Shown: positions 27,367 through 39,671, counted from the stretch's first letter. The stretch is DNA of 64,000 nucleotides from Neoechinorhynchus agilis (GCA_051530055.1 CM121342.1:5207489-5271488), one strand, 5' to 3'. The notes: a model not told the origin generated them from the letters alone. Made by a program: numbers and translations.

Positions 27367-28200
27367 ACCTGTCCCGCATTTAGGGCATTTCCATTTGTTA
27401 AAAGTCCATTGCGTGTCTCGTCTACCTCGCGAATCCACCTTCCGGTTCTCATCTTCGTCGTTTCGCTTTTTGACTTCGAATATCGCTCTTTCGGCTTCTA
27501 CTGCTTTGTTCGACGGCATTATTTCTATAGCTTTTGAGGTGGACTCGTATCTGAACGCTATCTCCTGAATGTTTTCGAAGGTCAGGTTTTCGATTTGGAG
27601 CGCCGCTCTCCGGACGGCATCGTGCGGCGTGTTTAGCACTACATGATCGCGCATCCGTTCGGATAAAGCATCAGCCTCCGTTTTTGTTTCTTCTTTATAG
27701 AATTTACAATTTTCGCCTGCACCTTTTAACTCTGCGATCCATTCCGCATACGTTTGATATTCTTTCATCTTTATCATACCAAATTTGAATCTAGCCGTTA
27801 CTTGATGTTCGACTGCTCCCACTAGCTTCCCCGTAGCCTCTACTACCTGCTCGTAGGACACATCCTTCAATTTGTCTCTTGTTAGGACTTTCGTCAATTG
27901 GCGGAACGGTTTTGCACCGATCCACGACAGCAGGCATGACTTTTTACAAGCTGACTCCTTTACTTGGCACCACTCGAAATGTTGTTCCAACTGAAGTGTG
28001 TAATCTTTTCATTCTTCGTCCTGCTCCACATACTGGCGAAACGGCGTGATGTTAACTTTCGCTACCTCCGTCTCAGAAATCATTGATCTATTTCGCGCTT
28101 CCTGATCCTCTTCATATTTGATCTGTCTGTTCGTCAACATCTCGATCATCTTCGCTTGTTGCTCCATTATTTTCCAAATCTGCCCATCGCTGTCACCAGA
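27367..28200 (-). mobile_element. Second, truncated copy of the PBS-gag segment of the Ty3/Gypsy element
   Basis: Near-identical to 31172-32005; begins after LTR 28201-28300 with PBS TGGTGACAGCG and breaks in the first zinc knuckle (KCPKCGTG). Confidence 0.93.
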
Positions 28201-28308
28201 TGTCATGTTTTATTCGATGTAGCGCGCGCACCCCACACACGTTTACAACCTATGTTCACATGCACTACGTATATGATTCTTTCGGGGATAACTCTTGACA
28301 TCTCCCCC

Positions 28309-29430
28309 TTATCGTCTCCAAACTTCTGGCGGGCGTCTGGTACGTGTACTTCTTCGAAGAGCAATAGTATGTTCAGGTTCGGATCTTTCTAATAATGGAT
28401 CGTGTTCCAATCTCTGTAATTTTGGATCGTCTTCTTTCTCGTCTCGCTTGTCTTCGATCGGTGAGCTGTTTCCCATTTTATTCCCTTCCTCCTCTTTTCC
28501 GGATTCAGCTTCTTCTTCTCTGTACTTTAAAAAGTCTCCGTGAATCCTGTGCTCTCTCTGATTACTATCTTCGATCGTATATGAAACAGGGCCGCTTCTA
28601 TCCGTTATCTCGCCTTCGTTCCACGTCTGATCAATAGGCCTTTTAAACCAAATCGCTTGTCCTTTCTCGAATTCCCTGAATTTCCTCTTATGGTCATCTT
28701 CCCTCGTATACTTTTGCGCGACTGACTCGTGATTTTTTAAATTATCGAAAATCGAGGGCAATTGCCGTCCCATCATAACGCGCGCGGGCGAAATCCCTGT
28801 CGTACTGTTCTCCGTATTCCGATAACTAAACAGAAAATCCCAAAGCTCTTCTTGTGTCACCTTTCCATCGTCGCTCTTGGTCCTTCGTTTGAACGTTCCC
28901 ACCATACGTTCCGCGAGGCCATTCGTTTGCGGGTGGTACGGACTTGTTGAACCGTGCTTGATTCCTCTATTCGAACAGAATTGCTCAAACTCTTCCGATT
29001 TGAATTGAGGCCCGTTGTCCGTGATGATTGTATTGGGCACGCCAAACCTCGCAAAACAATCTTTAAGATTGTATATGATATTCGATGTAGTCGACTTTTC
29101 ACCCAAATTCCATATCTCCACCCATTTGCTTGTAGCATCAACCAGAATCAGGAACATCTTGTTCTTTATTGGGCCCGCTAAATCCAAATGTAACCGGCTC
29201 CACACACGGCGTGGTATGTCCCATCTGAACAGTGGCTCTTTCGGCATCGCGGGTCTCGATTTTTGACAATGTGTGCATCTTCCCACGTACCTTTCAATGT
29301 CGTCCCCAATTCGTGGCCACCACACAACATGTCTACTGAGTCTTTTCATCGACTCGATTCCCGGGTGTCCCTTGTGGAGGTTTTCGAGTACCTTCACTCG
29401 CAAACATTTCGGAATAACGAGCTTATGTTG
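28309..29430 (-). pseudogene. Retrotransposon integrase (HHCC + DDE)
   Basis: LHKGHPGI...WWP...CTHC, LHLDLAGP, ITDNGPQF, YHPQTNGLAERMV. Confidence 0.93.
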
Positions 29431-29536
29431 CCCGAAAGAATCATATACGTAGTGCATGTGAACATAGGTTGTGAACGTGTGTGGGGTGCGCGCGCTACAT
29501 CGAATAAAACATGACATCTGGTGGCAGCGGTGGGAT
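29431..29536 (+). other. Inverted 86-bp LTR fragment plus an 18-nt complement of a tRNA-Leu 3' end, inserted in pol
   Basis: 29431-29516 is the LTR in the opposite orientation; 29519-29536 is TGGTGGCAGCGGTGGGAT. Confidence 0.9.
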
Positions 29537-30482
29537 TAAGTTTTCGTGACGTCAACATAATTGGCGCTTCCCTGGGTCCACGACTGTCGGCCTGAAATAA
29601 GGCGGCTCCAATACCATAGTCACTTGCATCGCACGCCAAAATTAGTGGTTTCTTTTCGTCATATAATTTTAAAGAAATGTGATTCGCGATAGCTTCCTTG
29701 ACGCGCTCGAACACCGCTGTCTGCTCCTTCCGCCATATCCAAACAGCTTTTGTCTTAATCAAATCATATAGGGGTGCGCAGATCGCCTGAAAGTTCGGAA
29801 TAAAGCGATCCAGGAAGTTCGCAGTTCCCAAAAACGCACGCAGCTCTCTTTTGTTCCTGGGTTCCATTGCTCTTTGTAGGTCATCTACTTTTTCGCTGTT
29901 TGCACACAACTTGCCATCAACCAACATATGCCCCAAATATTTAACCGCTCTTTTAATGAACTGACATTTTTCTCTTCTAACATTTATTCCGACTTCTTCC
30001 AACTTCGTCAACACCGTATTTAGGTTTTGAATATGCTCCTCGTCGTTCGCGCCTGTGATGATAATATCATCCAAATAAGCTTTGGTTGAAGGTACGCCAT
30101 CCAACAGCTGATCCATGAACTTCTGGAAAATTTTTGGGGCTGACGATACTCCGAAAGGAAGCCTTTTGTAACGGTATAATCCCCATGGAGTCGCGATTGT
30201 TAGCAAGTTCTTGGTTGTTTGATCGACTTCTAACTGAAGATACGCGTCCGGTAAATCGATTACTGTGTATTTCTGACCCCCGTATAGCTTCCTCGACACA
30301 TCTTCCAAACACGGAATGTTATAACTATCAGCCGCCAGGAACCTGTTCAGTGTAACTTTGAAATCGCCACAGATACGGACCTTCCCATTTGACTTCCGGA
30401 CGACGACAATCGGTGTGGCCAATTCTACTTGTTCTTGCGCCATATCTACGGCCTCCAAGATTCCTCCATCAACCAGTCGCAT
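29537..30482 (-). pseudogene. Retrotransposon RT and truncated RNase H
   Basis: PIVVVRKSNGKVRICGDFKVTLN, IDLPDAYLQL, YKRLPFGVSSAP, YLDDII, YLGH, ACDASDYGIGA; breaks after SRKLNPT. Confidence 0.93.
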
Positions 30483-30772
30483 AATTTATTCCCTCGCAGG
30501 TTGTTCCAATGCGAATGGTATCCTTCTTGCTGATGCGAAAATGGGTTCCGCTGTTCGACTGAGATTCAATCTGACTACCATATTTCTGATCGGTTCCGTC
30601 TTTTGCTGGAATAATTTATCATGTAATTTCAAGCAACGGTCCAGTCCTTCATGGATTCCCACCGCTTTGATCGTATTCACATACACTTCCTGCAGAAGCC
30701 TTATGTTGAAGTGCTTACACCATGGCAGTCCAAAAAGGCACTTAGCTGCTCGCTCGACAACCGTAACTGTTG

Positions 30773-32011
30773 CTACCTTTTTTGTCTTCCGATCGTAACC
30801 AGCACATCACACTCTCCCAAGCTGGAGATTTCCGATCCTCCAAAACTGATCAATTTTTTTCCTTTCTTTAGTTGAGGCCTTCCAATAGCCTTCCAGACCT
30901 GATTCGAAATGATGGTGACGTCTGCACCGATGTCAAACAACATATCGATTTTTATTCCGTTGAGTCTCGTTTTGATCCACGCTTGTTGTCTCTTGTCCTG
31001 CTCCCTAATGTTGACATCGAACACTTCCGATTCCTCTGAGCTCGATTGTGAATCGCTTGCTCGTTGAACGCGATTAACTTTATCGCTGCGGCACCTTCTC
31101 GCGAAATGACCCAGTTTTCCGCACTTGTAACATTTGCACCCCCGCGCTCGACATTCTTGGTTCCTTCCATGACCTGTCCCGCATTTAGGGCATTTCCATT
31201 TGTTAAAAGTCCATTGCGTGTCTCGCCTACCTCGCGAATCCACCTTCCGGTTCTCATCTTCGTCGTTTCGCTTTTTGACTTCGAATATCGCTCTTTCGGC
31301 TTCTACTGCTTTGTTCGACGGCATTATTTCTATAGCTTTTGAGGTGGACTCGTATCTGAACGCTATCTCCTGAATGTTTTCGAAGGTCAGGTTTTCGATT
31401 TGGAGCGCCGCTCTCCGGACGGCATCGTGCGGCGTGTTTAGCACTACATGATCGCGCATCCGTTCGGATAAAGCATCAGCCTCCGTTTTTGTTTCTTCTT
31501 TATAGAATTTACAATTTTCGCCTGCACCTTTTAACTCTGCGATCCATTCCGCATACGTTTGATATTCTTTCATCTTTATCATACCAAATTTGAATCTAGC
31601 CGTTACTTGATGTTCGACTGCTCCCACTAGCTTCCCCGTAGCCTCTACTACCTGCTCGTAGGACACATCCTTCAATTTGTCTCTTGTTAGGACTTTCGTC
31701 AATTGGCGGAACGGTTTTGCACCGATCCACGACAGCAGGCATGACTTTTTACAAGCTGACTCCTTTACTTGGCACCACTCGAAATGTTGTTCCAACTGAA
31801 GTGTGTAATCTTTTCATTCTTCGTCCTGCTCCACATACTGGCGAAACGGCGTGATGTTAACTTTCGCTACCTCCGTCTCAGAAATCATTGATCTATTTCG
31901 CGCTTCCTGATCCTCTTCATATTTGATCTGTCTGTTCGTCAACATCTCGATCATCTTCGCTTGTTGCTCCATTATTTTCCAAATCTGCCCATCGCTGTTA
32001 CCAGATGTCAT
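30773..32011 (-). pseudogene. Retrotransposon gag-protease, with an in-frame TGA at 31814-31816 and a frameshift near 30785
   Basis: EE*KDYTLQLEQHF (W expected at the stop), CPKCGTGHGRNQEC, CYKCGKLGHFARRC, protease LFDIGADVTII. Confidence 0.88.
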
Positions 32012-34249
32012 GTTTTATTCGATGTAGCGCGCGCACCCCACACACGTTCACAACCTATGTTCACATGCACTACGTATATGATTCTTTCGGGGATAACTCT
32101 TGACATAAAGTATTGTACACATTGGCTGAGAGCTTGGGTTCCAGACGCTATTATCGATGACTTTAATTCCAACCCTTTGTCCAATTACTAGGATTTTAGC
32201 GAGGATTATGATATAATTTTGCATCGGTAACCTCCTTACGACCACGTTTCGAGGAAAACGTTTTCGGCTCATTCTTTACGAGCTCGACCTGAAAAGCTCC
32301 ACGTTTTTAAGGGTCAAGTGGTTTGAATCTGTTACCGCTAATGACCCATAACCAAAGGGGACGAAATACCTCGATGATTGAGGAAAGTCATTGATGAGTC
32401 CCGCCTCCTGGAGGTATCTGAGGATCCGGTGAAATATACAAACTCATAACCGAATTGTTCGGGGGTATTACGTGATTTTATGCGCTTCTTTTAACCGGAT
32501 CACTGGGCTGTGATCCCAAAGGAAAATTATCAGCCGTGAGGCCACACATAGATACTGAAAAGTTACCGACTGGCCAGACTTCAAAAAATATACCGAAGCA
32601 CGAGTACATTTTCCGCTAGTTTACGCGGATGATGTCTTTGTTTTTAAACACCATAAACTTGTTAACGCCGTCCTGCATCTTGTTACCTGAACTTTTCTAG
32701 AAATAAACAAAATCTTTATGACAACTTACCTACTGTTAAACTAGAGCAAATCTGTAATTATCGTCCTCAATGAGTCATTGACTTCACAAAAACGCCTCAA
32801 TATTAAACTACAAGCTGATCCTAATTTTGGATCGCTGAACTTTAAAAAAATCGTATAGAGTTTTAGGCATCGATTTTCTGAGTTCCATCGTCTTCAAAAC
32901 TGCTAATACCACTCTTCTGGGCTTTTTTGCAAACTTAGAGCTCATGTGATAAGAGCTATGAAATTAAAGTTAGTTTCTAACCAAATTTTCACAATTATAT
33001 AGACATTCGAGGCAGAACGCTTCTTTTTTCGTTAGAGGTTGACCTCCTCGAGCAACGAGCGAACTTTGTCGACTATTGTATTTCCACGAATTATTAATCC
33101 CGTATCTGAAACTTTCCACCTAATATTTAGTGGAAATTATTCTTCTGGCCGACCGTCAGCCTGGTTACCAATTGGTAGAAGGAACGCGGAAAGAGTACGG
33201 AAATATTTATCATTGATGATCAGTGTATAAAGAGGATCACCAAGCAAATTTACGTATTTGTTATTTTATTACTTTCTTTGACCGGCAAAAATCCGTCTTG
33301 GATTCCGGTATGTTTATTCGACCTTCCCTTGTCGCACAATGTAGCTCACCGATGGTGCGCTTTGATAAGCCCGTCCTTTCGTGATCAGCAAATCACATGC
33401 CTGCGAACAATAGAAACTTATTCTTATATGCACGTGATAAGCTCTGTTTTATGCGCCAAAAACATTCCCGAATTCTTAAATCCGTGGTTTTTTAAGAAAT
33501 TTCAACTATTTAAAAAGCCCACAAAGTCACGTATCATGCAGATACAAGTTTAAAATCGTGAACGAAAATTATCTTCCTTTGTCATCTTTAGTCTATGGAA
33601 CTAGCTAAATTATGTAAAACTGGTGTTGTACTAATTTTTGTACTATGCGAAGTCTTCTTTTTAAACCGCATTATTTATCAAACGAAGCCTAATAAAGCAC
33701 TTGGTTCCATCCACTTTGGTTCAAAGTAATTGGTAAAATTATCGAGATTGTCGAACTTAAATTCCGTTCCATAATTCACTATTTCATCCCAACCACTGAA
33801 CTGAGCATTTGGTTCTCGTCGCACTGTTCAGTAATCGTGTGATCTTGATAGAATGGAAATAAATTCTGTTGAACCCGTGGTCTTCTAAAGTTTGGGCAGT
33901 CTTCTTGAATAGCTTGCAGCATGGATGTATCTTTCGGCACTCCGTATTGCTGAACAGCGTGGTTTTGGTTGAACAAATAATTTACATACCCAACGTTAGG
34001 GTTTTTGTGCACTGATCCTTACGAAATATTCTGTATCGGAATTGTGGGAATCGGCGGTTAGATCGTACCAAAGTTTCGACGCTGTTTATTTATCATTTCA
34101 ATTGAATGTCGATTAATCATAACGGGAAAAACAAATTGTTGCATAGAATGAAGAGATTTTATTGCACTTTTTGTTGCCCACACACAACAACAAAACGTTT
34201 AAAAAACATTACCGTCCACGAAGAAGAGGCATCGCTCTCCCCTCAGCGA

Positions 34250-34450
34250 TCACGACCACACTCAGTGCGTTTCCCTGTTTTCTATCGCGACCACACAATG
34301 TTTTGGCGCAGGAAGGCACCAGCTCTTGTATTTCCTGTCTTGCCCTGGAGTCTATTCTGCATAACTCCTTCTTAAATCTAAGTGCCGAGCTACCGAGCGC
34401 ACCAAGAGTCTCCACTCCAAAAGGTACAAAAACATAAGACCTACATAATT
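34250..34450 (-). mobile_element. 3' fragment of an RLE-type non-LTR retrotransposon (CRE/HERO-like)
   Basis: YVFVPFGVETLGALGSSALRFKKEL, then in shifted frames RLQGKTGNTRAGAFLRQNI and QGNALSV, matching the C-terminal restriction-like endonuclease region of such elements. Confidence 0.7.
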
Positions 34451-34699
34451 CTCTAGTACAATTTTGTGAAATGTTTTCGGTAATCAACTGTAGCGCACAA
34501 AGCAAAAATTGTGTCATCGATTGGTCGCTTGAATATAGAATTATATTATCGTACGCATTCGTTTTATGTGGGAAGACCATAGATCGGAACGCCAGATTGT
34601 TTGGCACTATGTTATCCACTAGTCCCGCTCCTTCCACGAAGTCTTCAAGTTGTGGAGTGTAATGTGGTACTATTGGTGGTTGCGTACCATTCTTATTCG

Positions 34700-35450
34700 T
34701 TGATGGTCCATATTTCAATCGTTTGCGTTTAGTTGATGGAACTCGATTTGTCTGCCTTTCGCGATCCACCAGGAATACTTTGATGATTTTTGACTCTCTT
34801 GAAAATTGCTCTTAACGACAAATTGTGCAGTATTGAATTCTGTGAAAGGAGAACCTTGAGATAGAGGAAACTATTGCAGTGGTCTCCATGAGTCATTTAT
34901 TCCCTCTTCCTTAAAAACTATGCGATACGGTATGGCTAACTTAAAAATACGAAAATTTTTCCGAAAATGACAATTCATCGAATCCGAGGAAATTCACTTA
35001 TATTCAATAAAAGCCAAAATATGGGAATCGGAATATTTAGAAGATAACCAAAATTATTTGATAAATATCGACTGGAAACGTCGATATTATCAAAATGGTT
35101 GACGCTGCCAAAAAAAATTCTAAAATTTACGAATGCTGTTCTATGAGTAATCTACTGGAAACAGTCAAATACGAAAAGGTGCACCAGCTTTAAAAATTTC
35201 TTTGACCTAAAAATATGTTTGATTTTCGGGCTATTTAAAAACCCAATATTTTCACTCCACTTACTTTCCACGCTTTACTTCGGATTTTATCCGTCTTATC
35301 CTTGGAGAAGGGTACGTTTTTGATCATCCAATCATATATTTGCGCCAAACGGAATCTTTTATCAGCACTACTTGATATTGCTTCTTCAATCATTTCTGCG
35401 TATGATTTGAAACCCCATTGATTTGTTCGCCGGCCCTTGTTAGGTACAAC
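34700..35450 (-). pseudogene. FoxO-like forkhead gene, frameshifted in exon 2
   Basis: Exon ending at 35265: RRTNQWGFKSYAEMIEEAISSSADKRFRLAQIYDWMIKNVPFSKDK...AWK|gtaagt. Intron 35264-34840 with acceptor ttctcctttcacag. Next exon NSILHNLSLRAIFKRVK, with KYSWW in another frame. Outer bounds are approximate. Confidence 0.75.
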
Positions 35451-36157
35451 GCACAAGTGTAGTAAAACCAATTGGATAAGGATTCGAACCAAGCAGGAAG
35501 TTGCGAGTTCCGTATACATTTTCAACGCCGTTTTCATCCAACAATAAATAGAGATTAACAGTACACTGATGATATATAACACAGAGAGAATATTGTAAGG
35601 TGCCGAAGATTCATAATAGGAGGATATTAGGATCGATAACGCCGAGTGTTGGCTCATCGTCAAACGTGTGGGTATATCCTTCTGTTTTCGAGGTGGAAAA
35701 AACATCGCCACGTGGGAATATCTTTGACTGTCCATAAGATAACGAGTATCGAATTGAAAGCTCTTCTTGTAGAATCAAGAAGCATAACTGTATTTTTAGA
35801 TGAGTCATTTTGACAGTCATCAAAAGACCTTCAAAAGATCGCTTACTCTCGTAATCGTTATTTCTTTGTCTCTCTTAGTTGTAACTCGAGGGTCTAAACA
35901 TACTTGTTCGTGAAATTGGGGAAAGTTTGAGATCCCATGGTAAAAGCAGAAGTCCAAAGGTGAAATGTACAAATGTTATGGTGGCGGACATCAGTTTAAA
36001 CATCAAGAAAAAATAATTAATGTTCATTATCGTACTCGGAGATATTCCTTCAATTTTAAATCAATGAAACGTGTTTAAATTTACTTTAGATCACAGGACC
36101 GATCATACTGTCCATGGAGACAAATTTAAAAATATCCTGTTAACTCAAGTGTGTGTC

Positions 36158-37083
36158 CTAATCCTTACGCTCACTCGGCTTCCTCTTCAGAACTTTGTCC
36201 GCAATTTTAAGCAAATCGATTTTGCAATCAACATGTTCAATAAGCGAAATTCTACTTAGACGCAGTAGCGTTTGTGAAAAGAAATCTAAACGATCGATTG
36301 AAGAATGTTCACTGCTCTGGTCATCGAATTCTAAAAAAAATCGAGATTCAAGAATCTTGATCTCCGAAATGACATCTTCGACGTCTCCTTGATCAGCAAT
36401 GTCCTGATTTAGCTGATTTGCACAATCTCCTATGATAACGTCACGTTCCATGGGCTCATCAGCAACGCTATCCACCTTCACGATGGGAAACTCCGCTTCT
36501 TTTTCCAACACATATTCATGCGACCATATCGGAACTATTCTCCCACACAAACAGGATTCATCGACTTCATCTGTTAAGTTCAATTCGTTTTTTAAATTTT
36601 GAAACATAATTTTTCCTTCGACCCTCTTCGTGGTTTGATTAGATGTCAAAAGCGATGTAGAAGGCGTTGTGAGGTTCATTAGCGTTTACTCCCGCCCCAC
36701 CCATTGGGTTTGAACCACATGGACACTATACACTGCTCAAGTCTCTTCAGTACGAATAGATCCCTTATCATTCGAGCTCGGGCATCGGCCATAGTTTCAA
36801 ATGTCAATCTACTTTCGAGAACAAGTGCTACTGAATCGCCCTTATGGCTACTATTTTTTATATGGCAATCGTACTTTTCGACGAGTTTGGCGTACCGGAA
36901 TCCGCACTGCTGGGCGGAAAAGTGCTTCTCATCGCAATCCGGGAACCGACGACGCATGTTTTTACTCACAGAGGCAAAGTTGCATTCACCTCCGAGTTCA
37001 GAAACATAATAACATAGTGCCATTTCCTGTTCTAGTGTCCACGCGTGAAATACCGTCGAATTGTGGGACGATGGAACATGCAT
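36158..37083 (-). CDS. BRD8-like protein (N-terminal SANT/Myb-like region plus acidic region); exon structure uncertain
   Basis: WTLEQEMALCYYVSELGGECNFASVSKNM...HFSAQQCGFRYAKLVE resembles the BRD8 N-terminus. A second ORF at 36158-36679 is probably joined by a short intron. No clear bromodomain seen. Confidence 0.5.
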
Positions 37084-37955
37084 CTTAAACGATATGAAAT
37101 TTCGTTTGACATGAAACAAAATCAAAAAGGTACACTAGGCAGCGAAAGGAATCACATGCTTCCTTCAAACCATGAGTCGGTCACATTTGTGCGTGCAGTT
37201 CGATTGAGTTTCGGTGGTGACCAAGGAATCCGAGTCCCGTCAAGATGTCCACCGAAACTACACGGCAGCAACCCAGAATTCGTCGAAACGTCTCTCACAA
37301 TGAAGAGGAAAAGTATTCGAGGATGTACCCAGACCAAACGCACAAGGGATAAAGACTCAACTTGTGTAAGTGCTCGAAATCGACACATCATTTTACGAAT
37401 AATCGCGTCTATGTCGAAATAATCTAAAACAGAATTCTAGAAAACCTTCTTCTTTGTCGCCTGTGTAATTGAAAAAAATCTGCATAGCTCAAAGAGAGAC
37501 AATTACGCAAAAGAAAAGTTGCAACCATTAAAGAACTCAAAAATTTAGCTGTCCATTATAATGCAAAGTGCTCGTTCATTTTCTCCGTTCCGATAAAGCC
37601 AATCATCTCAAATCAATTAAAAGGAAATGTCCCACGTTTCCGAACGCATACACCACTTGCGTCTACACCCGACAAAAATCGTCGCTTGGTCCAGCTCCAA
37701 TTCTGCGGTGCACCTTTTGAAAACCTAGAAAAAAGTTAGTCGTTTTAGCTTTCGTAACGAGCATCTTTTAAAACTGAACTCATACTGTGATGAAATTAAA
37801 GCGTTGTTTTTTAAAAGGATCCCTTTATCAAGCTTAAACGGCACGAACGATTGCGACATAATTGATTGCTTTAAAAGCGCGCTAAAAACAAGAAAGATTC
37901 TTCGTTTGGTGTAGAGTAAAAGGAACCTTTGACTTTTAATCGACGATATACGGTG

Positions 37956-38864
37956 ATGGATGGACTTGTCGAGGATCTTGTAGCGATGGGATTCGAGGAA
38001 TCTCGAGCCCGTGAAGCGGTTGAGAAAAGTGGTGGTGGATCTATATCGGACGCAATTGATTGGATTGATCAGAATCGATTACCCGATGCGGCGGCGGCGC
38101 CGCTTGATCAAGCAGCTTTGAATGAATCGACGATACCAGCGACTGAAAGTACTGCGTCGTCCTCGGTTTACATTAGGTGTGATATCTGCGGGAAACTGTT
38201 CAAGAACCAACACGAAGCTTCGTTTCATGCGTATAAGACCGATCACGAGTCGTTTAGCGAGGCTCTTGGACCGGTGGTCAAACCTTGTTCACCCGAGGAG
38301 TTAAATGCTAGGAAAGAAGATTTGCAGCGGAGGATAAAAAAATTTAAGGAGCTCAGAAAAAAGAGGGACGTTGAGGAGGAAATTGAGAGAGAGAAAAAAA
38401 GACGGGCAGAAGGGAAATACAGGGGAAATATTCGCGCTGAGATGAGGGATATTCGAATGAAGAAAGAGGTTGAGGAGCGGAAAAGGGACAAGGAAGAGGA
38501 ACGAGTTATACGTGCTAAACTTCTAAAGCAAATAGAGGCGGATCGACAGACTAGAAACTCAACCAAACATGACGCGGAAACAGTTACAGGGACGACAATC
38601 AAACCGACAAAGTGTTCTTTGCCACCAACTGATTCCTGTAAGATTCAAGTTCGATGGCCAGATGGGCGATGTTTTAATCGGACTTTTAGCCCTTCGGACA
38701 CTCTGAGTGACGTGCACACTTGGATTCAATCCGAACTGCAATCCTACGAAAATTTCTCGTTTCAATCAACGTTTCCAAGAAGACGATACGAGGAAGAGGA
38801 TAAGAGTAAAAGTCTGCAGAATCTCGGACTTTGTCCTTCTGCTTGTTTGTTTGTTCGAATTTAA
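37956..38864 (+). CDS. UBXN1: UBX domain protein 1 (UBA - C2H2 - coiled coil - UBX), single exon
   Basis: LVAMGFEESRAREAV...AIDWI, CDICGKLFK...FHAYKTDHESFSE, IQVRWPDG...TFSPSDTL...FPRRRY...LGLCPSACLFV. Confidence 0.9.
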   Translation: MDGLVEDLVAMGFEESRAREAVEKSGGGSISDAIDWIDQNRLPDAAAAPLDQAALNESTIPATESTASSSVYIRCDICGKLFKNQHEASFHAYKTDHESFSEALGPVVKPCSPEELNARKEDLQRRIKKFKELRKKRDVEEEIEREKKRRAEGKYRGNIRAEMRDIRMKKEVEERKRDKEEERVIRAKLLKQIEADRQTRNSTKHDAETVTGTTIKPTKCSLPPTDSCKIQVRWPDGRCFNRTFSPSDTLSDVHTWIQSELQSYENFSFQSTFPRRRYEEEDKSKSLQNLGLCPSACLFVRI

Positions 38865-39005
38865 TATCACAAAGAAAATACTCTTGAACTACTTTAACAC
38901 ACGCCATTATGCGAGCACCTAAAGATTTGCACTTGGTACGATTCTTCCATCGCCAGTGCTAAGTTTGGTCAAGTGAGATTCTCAGCGGCGACGACGACGA
39001 CGACG

Positions 39006-39671
39006 ATGAGGTTGACTTTGACAACATCGTTCAGTGGAAACGTTGTTGAGCGTAATTTCGATTCGAAGCTTACCCTTTTAGGCTTAAAGGAAAGGCTAGT
39101 TCTGGTTACGGGTGCGTCGGTTGAGAATATGGAGTTAGTTTTAAAAGATGTAAGGAATGATTTTGAAGAGATTATTAATGTGTTCAAGGGAGACGAGCAA
39201 CACGACAAGACGTTGGATCAGTTAGGATTTAGGAGTGGTCACTCCGTCCACGTCATTGATGACACTCTTCAATTTGGTGTCTATGACGAAATGCATTGTC
39301 CACCAGTTCTCAAGTTAAACAACGACGACAAGGCACGCCCGAGTGCGCTTCGAGAATTCATCAAGGCTCGTAGAGCAGAAGCGAAAAAGAAAGCAATGTT
39401 CAATCAAACTCACATTGGTACGAGATGTGTGGTGCAGAAAGACGGCAGTGCTTGTAATGGGCATACTGCAACTATTAGGTATGTTGGAAAGTCCCACGAC
39501 GATTTCGTCGTTGGAATTGAATACGATGAACCAATTGGAAACAATGACGGATCATTAGACGGAACCGTGTATTTTAGTTGTCCTCCAAACTATGGCAGTC
39601 TAGTTCGTCCTGAAACAATAAGAATAATCAACAACAATGAACGTTGTGAAGACGAAGACAATGTCATTTAA
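39006..39671 (+). CDS. TBCB: Tubulin folding cofactor B (UBL + CAP-Gly), single exon
   Basis: ERNFDSKLTLLGLKERLVLVTGAS; IGTRCVV...IRYVG...VGIEYDEPIGNNDGSLDGTVYFSCPPNYGSLVRP. Confidence 0.92.
   Translation: MRLTLTTSFSGNVVERNFDSKLTLLGLKERLVLVTGASVENMELVLKDVRNDFEEIINVFKGDEQHDKTLDQLGFRSGHSVHVIDDTLQFGVYDEMHCPPVLKLNNDDKARPSALREFIKARRAEAKKKAMFNQTHIGTRCVVQKDGSACNGHTATIRYVGKSHDDFVVGIEYDEPIGNNDGSLDGTVYFSCPPNYGSLVRPETIRIINNNERCEDEDNVI

Larger units (their letters stand above)
28201..32105 (-). mobile_element. Ty3/Gypsy LTR retrotransposon, Mag-like, inactivated (3.9 kb)
   Basis: 100-bp LTRs at 32006-32105 and 28201-28300 (1 mismatch). PBS TGGTAACAGCG at 31993-32003; PPT AAGGGGGAGA at 28301-28310. Order gag-PR-RT-RH-IN. 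Two gag Cys-His motifs, short LTRs and a Leu-tRNA PBS fit the Mag clade (clade call is inference). Confidence 0.95.

Noticed and set aside
31814-31816. In-frame TGA in gag, present in both copies, as programmed readthrough
   Set aside because: It replaces a conserved Trp by one transition, the copies are a recent duplication, and the element has other lesions.
36670-36690. TAATG stop/start overlap between the two BRD8-like ORFs as translational coupling
   Set aside because: A canonical intron of about 77 nt can join the frames, which is the simpler explanation.
37045-37422. Overlapping ORFs upstream of the BRD8-like gene
   Set aside because: No recognisable domain on either strand.
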